Below, one piece after another: positions 19,043-29,180 of a stretch of DNA of 56,776 bases. How positions within the stretch are numbered: the first letter of the stretch is position 1; every line of letters starts with the position of its first letter. The notes beneath the pieces were generated by a model, which saw only the letters and a list, made by a program, of their open reading frames with translations, did not search any database and was not told the origin of the DNA. Where the stretch lies: the IMG/VR virus record IMGVR_UViG_3300020057_000339; one strand, 5' to 3'. Made by a program: the position numbers and the translations under genes. The DNA is from an uncultured virus (IMG/VR IMGVR_UViG_3300020057_000339). Taxonomy: Duplodnaviria; Heunggongvirae; Uroviricota; Caudoviricetes.

Positions 19043-20560
19043 TCACAAAGTCCTTAGCGTGATTGTAGATCCAACCGCTTGTACTGTCGCAAGATCAATC
19101 GTAAAAGCGTATTCAAGAGTAACATTGCAGCTACGCTCAATGTCGCTCGTCTGTTGATTTAGGCCCGTAATTCGCAACGTAACAAAATTCGCAGTGTTGG
19201 CATAAATGTCTTTGAGTCTATTGATTTCATTTTGCACAAATGCAATTGCCAAATTAGTGTCTATTGTGCCGTTACCAGTATTTTTAGCAACAGCCTGACA
19301 CTGAATGTTAATGCTGCCATCTGTAGTCGTCTTGATGTCTTGGATAATGCTACCAAGACGACGAAACGGAATAGAGTGACTAACTTGCACTCTTGTACCT
19401 TCAACAATATTTACATTTGATGTCTTACTAGCAATACCACTTGGCAAATTAGCGTTTGGATTATCAGTGTATGTAATCGAGAAGTCAATCGACCCACGAC
19501 ACTTATTCTGCGAGATCGAAAACGCCGTCGGGTTATTGAGAGCAAGCCCGCTACCGCCAGCACCACCACTACCGCTCTTGAAACGTATGTAAACGCCAGA
19601 GGCAGTCCATGGAAGTTGAGGACGAACATAATTAGCAAATCCAGATGCTGCTCTAAAGTAACCTACGCCACCCTCTGCGTCCAAAGGAGTGAGAGTGCGT
19701 CCAAGTCCCTGTACGGAACCAGCGATCGTTACTTCGGCAATTCCATTAGCATCTTCTTGAAAAGATTCTGTCTTAGAAGTGAAGTAAAATGGTACACCAC
19801 TTACAATTGTGAACTGTTCGGTAACAGAATAGCTACCATTGGCAATGTCCGCCACTTCTTCACGCTGAACAGAAACCTCGAAAACGGGTCCACCACCAAG
19901 AAGTGATGGATGTGTCATACCAAACAAACCAGAGAAGTTTGGTTGAGCAAAGTATGGAATATCTAGAGGAAGTTTGTCAATACCAAGTAATGGCTTAACG
20001 GCAGCCATAGCTTGTGCAAACTTATCTGGTTCGTTTTCAGGCCCCTCAGCATTTACTTGGTGAGTTACACGAAGAGTGCATGTATCTTGATCTTCACGAA
20101 AAGACCACTGATTGCTAAGACTAGAGGTGATGCCACTTACACCGGAAGCGGCAACGAGATCCTGCATCTCGATCGTCCAGTCAAATCTTTGTACTTGAGT
20201 ATCAGGTGCGATATTGATACTGTTAATACGAGGACGTAAACCAGAAGCAATGATTGCTCCAAGTGGCAAGGTCTTATTGCCGGGGCCAGCAAGAATTACA
20301 AAGTCTTGATAATCCTCAGAGAAAACATCGCGTAATGCTTGCTGCTTAAGATACATCTGCTCATAACTACCCGAAGGTACAATAAGCGTGGTGCCCGTCA
20401 ACGTCAATCTATTAACATTGGATACACGAGTTCCATCATTTCGGAACTGTGATTCGACCGTCCAATCAATAAACGGAGCGGGTACAATCTTCTGTCCATT
20501 GTAGAAGACTTCAACCGCTGACTGCGGTGGTTGAGTAACGATAGAGATTAGGTCGGCCAT
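19043..20560 (-). CDS. Distal tail/baseplate protein with internal repeats
   Basis: Immediately follows the tape measure; repeated beta modules (TLTGT, HQVNAEG, TIAGSVQGL, SINIQCQA). Confidence 0.6.
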   Translation of the reverse strand: MADLISIVTQPPQSAVEVFYNGQKIVPAPFIDWTVESQFRNDGTRVSNVNRLTLTGTTLIVPSGSYEQMYLKQQALRDVFSEDYQDFVILAGPGNKTLPLGAIIASGLRPRINSINIAPDTQVQRFDWTIEMQDLVAASGVSGITSSLSNQWSFREDQDTCTLRVTHQVNAEGPENEPDKFAQAMAAVKPLLGIDKLPLDIPYFAQPNFSGLFGMTHPSLLGGGPVFEVSVQREEVADIANGSYSVTEQFTIVSGVPFYFTSKTESFQEDANGIAEVTIAGSVQGLGRTLTPLDAEGGVGYFRAASGFANYVRPQLPWTASGVYIRFKSGSGGAGGSGLALNNPTAFSISQNKCRGSIDFSITYTDNPNANLPSGIASKTSNVNIVEGTRVQVSHSIPFRRLGSIIQDIKTTTDGSINIQCQAVAKNTGNGTIDTNLAIAFVQNEINRLKDIYANTANFVTLRITGLNQQTSDIERSCNVTLEYAFTIDLATVQAVGSTITLRTL

Positions 20561-20562
20561 GA

Positions 20563-23500
20563 TTATCTCGACTGCCCGAACGAGTTGACAATACCGCGTT
20601 CATTCAATGCTTGGAACACAGGGTCAAGTTGTACCATCAATGCTTCAATCTGCTTGGCAACTTGTCTATCTGTTGTCTCAGACAATGCCGCTCTCAATTG
20701 ATCACGCAAGTTCTCAAGTCCAGTAATTTGCACAGTGCTTTGTTGATTTGTCTGTAGATTGATGTTGATTTCTTGTCCACCAGCAGTAGACGGAGCACCA
20801 GTCGTTCTGCTACCAGTAGTAGCAGCAAGACCAGCCGTGTTCGTCTTAATAGCAATACTTGAATCACGCACTTGTCCAATGCTTGTATTGAGATCTACTA
20901 ACAATCCGGCAATCTTGTCAAGAGATTGCTCACTACCACTGTTTGTTGTAATTTGCGAAAGTGTACCTTGAACAGAACGAGCAATCGCAGCAACCATAGT
21001 TTGATCAATTGTACGAATACTATTGACGCTAGCAGCAATTGAACTACCTTGATCGTTACCACCAGCAAAGTTTTTGTACATCGGAATAATAGCTTCGTGG
21101 TCATTGGCAATAGCCAAGTTAGCACCATTCGGCATCATCTTCTTTTCACGAGCCGCTGCACGCAAAATACCGGCAGCTTCGCCAGGAGACAAGTTTCCAT
21201 TAGCGAAATTCGGGATAAATCCATTAGCCTGATTACTAAGGTTCTCTGCTTGATTCAAGTTATCAAACGATGTTCTAGCTTCAATCATAGCAATTTTAGC
21301 ATTAACAGCTTGTGCTACACCAGCAACAACAGCGTCTCCAACTTCACCAAAAACTCTGTTTTGATCAGCAAACAACTGAGCTTGTGTATCAATCCCGTGT
21401 AATGAATTAGCATTATCAGCTTCAATCACCTTCTGCAATAGTTCACGACGCTCTATATTGGCTTGGTCTATAACCGCCATTTCATCAAGTACCGCTAGAC
21501 GTACAATTTCAAATCCTTCACGAGCACGCTCTTCTTGAAGCTTGGAAATATCCAATTGCTCTTGAGCTTTTTCAAGCTGCTTCTGTGCAGTTAAGACCTG
21601 ACTAAGTTGCAGCTTAGCCTCTTCCATAGTAAGCTGTCCTAGGATCTTAAGTTGCTCCACTTGCTGAGCGGTGAGTTCAGAGATGGCTGGTAAACCTTCT
21701 TCTGGAGCTACGCCCGCACCAACTTGTCCAATAGCTTGCTTCAATTGATCGGCACTAAAGCCACCAATCGAGGTAGAGCCTGGAAGGAATGATAGGGCGT
21801 CAAGGAGTTGTTTGCGGAAATCAACTGGTAAGTTGAGTAGCTCTTGCGATAGACCGGCAATCTCCTGTGAGTCCATTCCCAGGAAGTTCTGGAATGATCC
21901 GCCGAGCTTCTCAGCTACATAGGTCAAGCCCGCAATGCCCTTTTGGAGCCCCTGATTCTCTTGAGCTGATTGTCCAAAGATGTTGATACCAGCACTCGTG
22001 ATTTGATCTTGAGCTTGCTGCAAGAACGATAGAGTCTGTTCTGCAAGTTGTCTCTCTAGACCAATTCGTTGTTCTAGTTTCATGTTGGCATCGTCGAGAA
22101 CGCTTGTGAATGCGTTATCGAGAGAACCAAGCTTATCTTGAAAAGAAACAATGCTGCCGTTCAGCATACCAATGTCGCGACCAAGTAGATTGGACTTAAT
22201 TTTAGCTTCGGCAATAACGCCGTTAACTTGGATGATAGCTGAAATATACTCGACATATACATTCGACAAGTCTGCCGTAGCACTGATGACGCCCTGTTGA
22301 GCGGACTTCACTTCATCATAGGCACCGGCCTGCTTCCCTGCAAGATTGTCGATGCGTTGCTTCGAGAATTCTTCAAAGCTTCTGTTAACATCATCAATAG
22401 AGTTGGCGAATCCTCTTGTGGTATCAGTGAGAGCTTGAGTCTTCTTGATACGTTCAGCCTCTGCTTTTGCAGCTTCTTCTTGTGACTTCTTATCTTCAGT
22501 CGTCAGCTTCTGCAAACCTTCAAGACTCTTTACGAGGGCATCCTGCTTTACATTTTGCTTTTCAAGTGCCTTAGCGGCAAGCTCATGCTGTAGTTCAGCC
22601 TTCTTAGACGCCTTCTCTGTGTTCGCAGCAACGTTTCCAAGAGCGGCTATTTCGTCGCGAAGCTCTTGCATTCTATTTGTAATGGGGGCAAGTGAAGCCG
22701 CCAATTCATCGGCAACCTGTGAAAGATCTGTTTCGGCTCTCTTTACTCCATTCACGAAAGTAGACGCAATCACTTCTTGCAAGACCTTAGGAAGATCTGT
22801 ACCGCCAGCCAAAGCCTTTCGCACATCTTCACTCTTGAGACCTGAGATTGCTCCAGTGAGATCAATATCACCACTGGCGGCGGCCTGGGCTCCTACCCTA
22901 GCCAGTGCCGAACGGAACTTGCCAAGTGAATCGGCAGCCTGGACGGTGGCTTCTTTTTGAGCCCTTGTCTCTTCTAGATTACGCTTATATGCTTCGCTGC
23001 TAAAGGCAGCCTCAGCTTCTTTGGCTGTCAAAGTAGCCTTAATGCGATCTTTTTCAATATTGATATACTCTTTTGCAAAATTCTTCTGCGAGTCCGTCAT
23101 GTCTTTATCGCCAAGAAAACTTGCGATTGCAGCACCATTATTGGGCTTTGAAAGTAATGCACCAATGTCACCGATAAACTTTTTGGTCTCTTCCATGCTT
23201 GAAAAAGCACCTAATTGTGATATGTCGGCACCAGCAACTTGTAATGTAGATAGTAGATCTTCAAAAGCCTTTTGAGCATTGGCCAGATCTGACGTGGCGT
23301 TTTTAGATGTCTGAGATAGTTCGTCAATACCCTGTGCCAAGTCTTCTGGCTTCTTTGATTGATTCAAAATGTCACGATTAATAGAATTCACGTCTTGAGC
23401 AGACGCGATAAGACTTTGCAGATCCTTCATATCTTCAAACGTTAATCTTAAAAATTCAACTTGCTTAGCGGCCTCAGCAGCACCGACGGCCAGTCTACCA

Positions 23501-25938
23501 TAAGCTTGTTCAATCAGGTCTTGCTGATCACGATAAACTAATGTACTATTACCAGTTGAATCATACGATGCACGCAATAGATCAAGAGCTTCTTGATTCT
23601 GAATAGCTCCGCTTTCTTGAAAAGCCCACTGCTTAATTAGATCGGCACCAGCACCCTTAACGTAACTTGAAACGACCTTTGAAGCACCAGTAAATGAATC
23701 TGTTACTGTTGTATTGATAACACGACTATTCGTCAAATACACTTCTTTAAGTGCAGCCGAACTACCAATCAGCTTCTTTGTACCAGTATCCATACTATCA
23801 AATATTAACTTGAAAGCTTGAGAGTAGTTAATGTTTTGCTTAGCTCGACCTTCCAATGCATTGCCGAATGCGGCAGTAGCTTCCGAAGATCTACCAACCG
23901 TCTTGAGACCAGCAGTCTCTTTAACACTATCTACCCTTAGCTGAAGGTTCTCTTTAGAGGCGTCGTTCATATCTCCAATATTATCAGCAAAACGCAATCC
24001 AACGTCAATAAGTGCTCCAAACGCAGCCGCAACTCCAGCGGCTAGTGGTCCGAAGGCAGCAAATTGAATTCCCATTTGTGCAGCAGCACTTGTTGTTTTA
24101 GTTAATGACGAAGCAACAGGACTTCGTGATCCAAGGTTATCAGCAAGATGATTAAGACCGGACGTAACTGCCGAACCGGCAATCGTCAACCCAGCAAAAA
24201 TGGCAAAATTTTTGACGCTATCAGTACCTCTAATGCTCCCGCCTGTACCGCCGCCAATCCGAGTGGTGAAAGCCGCCTTCATGCGTTGCGTAAACGATTG
24301 CGTAGCAGATGTCGCTTCTTGTGTGACTCGGGCTTGCACCTCCATGGTCTTTGTTTGTACATTGGTTGCCGCAATAGCCAACTGCGATGCGGCTGCTTGA
24401 TTGCTGTAGGCACCAGATGCCATTTTAATATGTTGCACAAGCTCTGAAATCACGCCAGTTAACTGCCTTAATGCAGCAGTATTGGCAGCAAGATCAGCAG
24501 TGTTTAATCCAGGCGGACCTCCTCCGCCTCCGCCTCCGCGTCCACCAGGACTTCCACCCTTGCCACCCTTGCCACCACCCATCAACCCAAGACCAAAAAC
24601 GGTATCAAGACCTTTGATAGCAAGAGGAGCTAAAATCGGCAAGATGGGAACTTTGAATTTATCAAGAAGATTAACAACCTCGGTTATACCTTCCACAAGG
24701 CTGGTCACGCCCTTTAAAGAATTCTTGAAAAAATCAGTAGAACCCGCATTACCAAGAGACTGTGCCAATTCTTGTCCAGCAGCAATCAATTCGTCCAAGC
24801 GACGTTGAAGCTTGGTTGCATCAACCGCTTCCTTTTGACGTGCTGTACCTGCCGCATTAGCCGATTCGGCAGCAATCTCATTAGCACGATCAAGAGACTT
24901 TAGAGTACCAATCAATTCTTCAAACTGACGTACGCCAGCAATAGCCTTAGCCGCATTAGCTTGTTCTGCCTCAGATAATCCCTTGGCACCGCCCTCTACG
25001 CCAAAAAATGCCTTCTTCAAATCATTCAAAACAGCAAGCGTGGGACGTAGAGTACCATCAAAATTTTGAACAGAGACGCGAAGACCTTCAACTGCCGAAC
25101 GTGATTCGCCAGCAGCAAAGATACGTGTCTGTAACGTCTTAAAGAACGTACCAATTTCATTACCTGACTTACGTGTTTGTTCACGCAAAGCAGAAATCAA
25201 ACCGATTGAGTCATTAATATCCTTGCCAAATACAGCAAGAGAGTTACCGCCAGTTTTAAAAGCGTCGGCAATATCACGAGCTTCAAGAGCGGTCAAGTCT
25301 TCCGCTTTTACAAGAGCGTCAAGAGAATTAGCGAGAGCTTCACCCTCAAGTCCGAACTGCTTGCTAGCAGAAAGTAAAAACTCAACAGCTTGAGCAGCAT
25401 CTAGAGTGGATGCTTTTGTAGCAAGAATTGACAAACGAGCTAACTCATTAGCATCTTTTAGACTATTACCAGCCTGCACATATGTCTTGATTGTTTCTGC
25501 CGCGACAATCGCACTAGTTCCAAATTCTTTAGACAATGCAAAAGCACTTTTAGCAATCTCATCAAACTTACCAGTCATCGAACCAATATCGGTACGAATG
25601 ATATCCTTGATGATTGCATCAAATTCAAATAAGAACTTCACACCACCCTGAATACTCTTATTTAAAGTGGCGAACGTCGGCAACAGAATAGCAAACTGAG
25701 CCATACGCTGAAGGAACAAACGAGCCGCTTTTTCACTACCACTCAACTGAGAATTAACGCCACGAATAGAACGATTAACATTATTGGCGGCATCAACGCT
25801 CTGATGTAAGTTACGATTGAATTGCTGTACAGGCCCAGGCATACCGGCAGCCGCACGACTAATGTTACTGAATACATTGGCATTAATCTTAACGCCAACA
25901 AATTTTAAGATTGCTTCGAGTTCTAGTCTGTTGCTCAT
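20563..25938 (-). CDS. Tail tape measure protein
   Basis: 1791 aa, helical/coiled-coil, phage-TMP core (ALREQTRKSGNEIGTFFKTLQTRI, IAGVRQFEELI), C-terminal FIPNFA motif; follows the chaperones. Confidence 0.92.
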   Translation of the reverse strand: MSNRLELEAILKFVGVKINANVFSNISRAAAGMPGPVQQFNRNLHQSVDAANNVNRSIRGVNSQLSGSEKAARLFLQRMAQFAILLPTFATLNKSIQGGVKFLFEFDAIIKDIIRTDIGSMTGKFDEIAKSAFALSKEFGTSAIVAAETIKTYVQAGNSLKDANELARLSILATKASTLDAAQAVEFLLSASKQFGLEGEALANSLDALVKAEDLTALEARDIADAFKTGGNSLAVFGKDINDSIGLISALREQTRKSGNEIGTFFKTLQTRIFAAGESRSAVEGLRVSVQNFDGTLRPTLAVLNDLKKAFFGVEGGAKGLSEAEQANAAKAIAGVRQFEELIGTLKSLDRANEIAAESANAAGTARQKEAVDATKLQRRLDELIAAGQELAQSLGNAGSTDFFKNSLKGVTSLVEGITEVVNLLDKFKVPILPILAPLAIKGLDTVFGLGLMGGGKGGKGGSPGGRGGGGGGGPPGLNTADLAANTAALRQLTGVISELVQHIKMASGAYSNQAAASQLAIAATNVQTKTMEVQARVTQEATSATQSFTQRMKAAFTTRIGGGTGGSIRGTDSVKNFAIFAGLTIAGSAVTSGLNHLADNLGSRSPVASSLTKTTSAAAQMGIQFAAFGPLAAGVAAAFGALIDVGLRFADNIGDMNDASKENLQLRVDSVKETAGLKTVGRSSEATAAFGNALEGRAKQNINYSQAFKLIFDSMDTGTKKLIGSSAALKEVYLTNSRVINTTVTDSFTGASKVVSSYVKGAGADLIKQWAFQESGAIQNQEALDLLRASYDSTGNSTLVYRDQQDLIEQAYGRLAVGAAEAAKQVEFLRLTFEDMKDLQSLIASAQDVNSINRDILNQSKKPEDLAQGIDELSQTSKNATSDLANAQKAFEDLLSTLQVAGADISQLGAFSSMEETKKFIGDIGALLSKPNNGAAIASFLGDKDMTDSQKNFAKEYINIEKDRIKATLTAKEAEAAFSSEAYKRNLEETRAQKEATVQAADSLGKFRSALARVGAQAAASGDIDLTGAISGLKSEDVRKALAGGTDLPKVLQEVIASTFVNGVKRAETDLSQVADELAASLAPITNRMQELRDEIAALGNVAANTEKASKKAELQHELAAKALEKQNVKQDALVKSLEGLQKLTTEDKKSQEEAAKAEAERIKKTQALTDTTRGFANSIDDVNRSFEEFSKQRIDNLAGKQAGAYDEVKSAQQGVISATADLSNVYVEYISAIIQVNGVIAEAKIKSNLLGRDIGMLNGSIVSFQDKLGSLDNAFTSVLDDANMKLEQRIGLERQLAEQTLSFLQQAQDQITSAGINIFGQSAQENQGLQKGIAGLTYVAEKLGGSFQNFLGMDSQEIAGLSQELLNLPVDFRKQLLDALSFLPGSTSIGGFSADQLKQAIGQVGAGVAPEEGLPAISELTAQQVEQLKILGQLTMEEAKLQLSQVLTAQKQLEKAQEQLDISKLQEERAREGFEIVRLAVLDEMAVIDQANIERRELLQKVIEADNANSLHGIDTQAQLFADQNRVFGEVGDAVVAGVAQAVNAKIAMIEARTSFDNLNQAENLSNQANGFIPNFANGNLSPGEAAGILRAAAREKKMMPNGANLAIANDHEAIIPMYKNFAGGNDQGSSIAASVNSIRTIDQTMVAAIARSVQGTLSQITTNSGSEQSLDKIAGLLVDLNTSIGQVRDSSIAIKTNTAGLAATTGSRTTGAPSTAGGQEININLQTNQQSTVQITGLENLRDQLRAALSETTDRQVAKQIEALMVQLDPVFQALNERGIVNSFGQSR

Positions 25939-26594
25939 TACGTCACCAACTTCGTAATAAAGACGGATAACATCTTTTTAGTGATCAACTCTTGAATCAC
26001 GGCGATATTCTGTGTCACCCATTGTTGTTCATAGCTTTTTAGTTGTGCTGGAAATCGCCACAACCCTACGCTACCATATGCTCCACGAGGAAGCATTAGG
26101 CCACCAAGCGGCTCTCCCAAACGAATTGATTTCGATGCGTTCTTATCAAGCTTGGAACGCGGAACAAAACCTCTGTTGACTTCCTTGCCTTTAACCCATT
26201 CTAACCATGAGTCGATATGAAGATTGCCAGTACCATTTGCTGGATGTGGCGTTGCGGCTTTCAGTTTAGCATAATTACCAAACTGTAAAATCATTTGATT
26301 TTTGCCTACTACTATTTTGAAAGCCGTAGTAGCATAAGCCCTCAAAAGCTTGGGCGGTTCCGACGCTTCGATACCAAGTTCACTAAGGCCACGAGCACTA
26401 GTAACATACCGATAGAAATCTGTTTGTGCAATGCCGACGATACCCATTCCACCATAAACCATGGCAGGAATAAGTTCTCTTCGCATCCACTGATCAATCT
26501 CTTGCATGCTGCGTGCCCACGCTCTATCGGCGTGAATCGTTAGCTTATTCAGAGGGTTGATCAGCTCGATTGTCCAATCCAGTCCCATTGTCAT
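25938..26594 (-). CDS. Putative tail completion/morphogenesis protein
   Basis: Position between chaperones and TMP with TAATG coupling; function inferred from synteny only. Confidence 0.5.
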   Translation of the reverse strand: MTMGLDWTIELINPLNKLTIHADRAWARSMQEIDQWMRRELIPAMVYGGMGIVGIAQTDFYRYVTSARGLSELGIEASEPPKLLRAYATTAFKIVVGKNQMILQFGNYAKLKAATPHPANGTGNLHIDSWLEWVKGKEVNRGFVPRSKLDKNASKSIRLGEPLGGLMLPRGAYGSVGLWRFPAQLKSYEQQWVTQNIAVIQELITKKMLSVFITKLVT

Positions 26595-27291
26595 CGGCTT
26601 GCTCTAATGCCTTCTGCTTGCGTGATGCAAGCTCTGCTTCTACACGTTCCTCAATGTCACGATCAAACATTGCTTGTTTTGCGTCCTTGAGATATCTGTT
26701 CTCTGGATGACCTTCTTCGATCGTGTCACGCATTTCAAGCAATAGACCATTCTGTACTTCTACCGCTTTAATGTAAACAGTTGATTGTGTGCTCTCGTCA
26801 CGTTCACGAACAAAGTCAGTGTACGTTGCCCAATAACGTTGACCAGTAGCTTTAATCATAGTGCATGCCGCCATGATAGCTTCGGCTTTAACAAGCTCGG
26901 CAATACCTTCGGCAGAATTCATATACACGCTCTGCTGAATCATGAAAAGTTCCCACATGCGATAACGATGCTTACGCATCTTTTTTGCAGCTTCAAGACA
27001 TTGCTCGTGCTTACCTTTGAGTTGAGCTTGTTCAAGCTCCATTTGCAAAATAGCTAAGTTAGCTACCTCTTCACGCATAACACGGTCATCTTCATCAGTC
27101 CACATACCATGTGAACGCATCACTTCACGCATCTTGTTGCGTGGAAAGACGCCTTGTGTTAAAGATTGACTATAGGCAATACGATACTGACGATCGCCTT
27201 CATTTTCAATCGCTAGTGTGGGGGTAGAGACCGTAAAGTCCATTTGTGCCCCAAAGCGGTCTACCGCTCGAAATGCTCTCTCCGTGATCAT
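26545..27291 (-). CDS. Putative tail assembly chaperone (paralog of 27839..29032)
   Basis: GMWTDEDD...NSAE motifs shared with the upstream ORF; lies between tube and TMP. Confidence 0.6.
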   Translation of the reverse strand: MITERAFRAVDRFGAQMDFTVSTPTLAIENEGDRQYRIAYSQSLTQGVFPRNKMREVMRSHGMWTDEDDRVMREEVANLAILQMELEQAQLKGKHEQCLEAAKKMRKHRYRMWELFMIQQSVYMNSAEGIAELVKAEAIMAACTMIKATGQRYWATYTDFVRERDESTQSTVYIKAVEVQNGLLLEMRDTIEEGHPENRYLKDAKQAMFDRDIEERVEAELASRKQKALEQADDNGTGLDNRADQPSE

Positions 27292-27842
27292 CCTTGCTCC
27301 TGATATACTTTAACAACCTTGCTCCGCCATTCACGATAGATCAATCCCGTCTTCTCATGAAGACGGTATCGGTCCATGACATTTAGTACACTAACGCAAT
27401 CATGAGCACCAACGACTTCTAATATCACTTCTTGGGGTGTGTTGTAATGTAGAACGCCAGCATCAAACTCGATACGAATTGCGTCTAAGACACGAGAGTA
27501 CTCGGTACTAGAATAGATTTTCATGAATGGTATAGAACCTCTAGAGCCAAATTCAACCTTCTGCACCGTCTGCATGAAAGATTGAGTCATAGCTAAAGTT
27601 CCATTATCTGTCATTCGTAGAGGACGATACTCAACTTCATAATCGTTTAATTCGTCCCTTTGGGCACGCATGACATCATTAAACATATTGCGAAGATCGG
27701 CTTTAAAAACCTGTCCTTGACGTGTGTTGTCTACGTCTGGAAAAGAGTCTTCAAATCTCTGTAAGGTCTGCACCATCAAGTGACGAGATCTACGATCTAG
27801 ACTTTTACTTAACTGATCTAGTGATTGATTTTGCTTTTTCAT
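27288..27842 (-). CDS. Hypothetical protein
   Basis: 184-aa ORF coupled to both neighbours. Confidence 0.65.
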   Translation of the reverse strand: MKKQNQSLDQLSKSLDRRSRHLMVQTLQRFEDSFPDVDNTRQGQVFKADLRNMFNDVMRAQRDELNDYEVEYRPLRMTDNGTLAMTQSFMQTVQKVEFGSRGSIPFMKIYSSTEYSRVLDAIRIEFDAGVLHYNTPQEVILEVVGAHDCVSVLNVMDRYRLHEKTGLIYREWRSKVVKVYQEQG

Positions 27843-29032
27843 TTTTTATGCATAGACACTATGTCCGTTTTCATGCCTAACATGTGGCGTGTCTTTGTAC
27901 CACGTAGATGATGTTCTTCAACTTCACCCTTAGCAATCACGGTCTGTTGTTCATTCTCAATAATAGTTCTCACGCGATCTGAATTACGGGAATAGATTTG
28001 TCGTGCAATCTGTTCACGTTCTTGTACTGTGTATCGACGGAATGTACCCCATGGACAAGCCACACTATGTTGTGTACGCTCACCAAGTCCCTTGCCAACG
28101 TTCTTGGCTTTCGCACCACAATTACAGGTTTGACTGTATTCGCCATCAAGTACCTGCATTCTCTCATTATGATCTTTCGCTCCAAGACGCTTTGTGTCAT
28201 GCGACTCTTTACTGGCAAGTTCACGATTAGCTAGCCATGCATCAAATTTGTCATCATCATTTACAATGTCTGATGAGGGGGGCTCAGCAGATTCGAATGC
28301 AGAATCATAAATGCGACTCCAATAAATAAGGAGTTTTTGATTGATAGTCAAGTCACCAACAGAGCGATTAAAAACAGCATGTAAGTTTTCACGCTGCAAG
28401 ACCCACGTTAAACGCCACTCTGGATAACGAGCAACTTCACGAATTTCGTCGATAGGCAGAATGCCTTCGGACAGTACTGCATTCGTGATATAAATAACAA
28501 AGCTAGGATGATGTTGCTTTGAAAAGAGGAAAGATGCGTCTGTGGGCCACAATACAGTGCCATCTAAGTTATTGGCGACACGACGCACAAGAGTGTTGGC
28601 GGCTATCTCGCTCGCATAGTACTCCGCACTATTAATGAAGTACTCGTTACGCTTAGATTGCGTGACTTTTTTCTTTTCGAGCGTAGCGTCAATCTGGACT
28701 TGGAGGGATTTTTTACGTGCTAAGAATCGTTGTGCCTTTTTTTCGGCCTCAAGAAACTCGATGTGCTCATCCGCTTTGGCGATCACGAGATCATCTTCCG
28801 CAGTCCATAGTCCAACGACCTTTGCAGCAGATAATAGTTCGACTTCCGTCTGGACACCCTGCTTACGAGCTAATGCTAATTCGCGACGCTGCACGAAAGC
28901 ATAGATGTTGCGATCCTCTATCGTCATGTCCTTGATTAGAACATATTCAATGCCCGACTGAGTATATTCTTCGGGAATACACAAATAGCGTTTATCCCAA
29001 AGAATCTGCTGAATTTTTTCCTGTACCGACAT
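27839..29032 (-). CDS. Putative tail assembly chaperone with C-terminal Cys/His motif
   Basis: GLWTAEDD...NSAE; CNC...H...C. Start likely MSVQEK at 29032; the ORF track starts at 29074. Confidence 0.6.
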   Translation of the reverse strand: MSVQEKIQQILWDKRYLCIPEEYTQSGIEYVLIKDMTIEDRNIYAFVQRRELALARKQGVQTEVELLSAAKVVGLWTAEDDLVIAKADEHIEFLEAEKKAQRFLARKKSLQVQIDATLEKKKVTQSKRNEYFINSAEYYASEIAANTLVRRVANNLDGTVLWPTDASFLFSKQHHPSFVIYITNAVLSEGILPIDEIREVARYPEWRLTWVLQRENLHAVFNRSVGDLTINQKLLIYWSRIYDSAFESAEPPSSDIVNDDDKFDAWLANRELASKESHDTKRLGAKDHNERMQVLDGEYSQTCNCGAKAKNVGKGLGERTQHSVACPWGTFRRYTVQEREQIARQIYSRNSDRVRTIIENEQQTVIAKGEVEEHHLRGTKTRHMLGMKTDIVSMHKK

Positions 29033-29035
29033 ACG

Positions 29036-29063
29036 AAAAAGGGACGCACTTTTGGTGCATCCC
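29036..29063 (-). terminator. Intrinsic terminator/attenuator after the tail tube gene
   Basis: Minus strand GGGATGCAC-CAAAA-GTGCGTCCC-TTTTT. Confidence 0.75.
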
Positions 29064-29180
29064 ATGTTCTCCATTCCTAAACCACCCGCCTAGCGGGAGC
29101 CTTGCACCTTGATCAAATTGTAAGTCAGTGGACCGTGACAGACCTTACCCCCTGCTCCTATCACGGCCCACCAACGGATA

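Noticed and set aside
24505..24590. GC-rich CCGCCT/CCACC repeats as a regulatory element
   Set aside because: They encode a Gly-rich linker within the tape measure protein.
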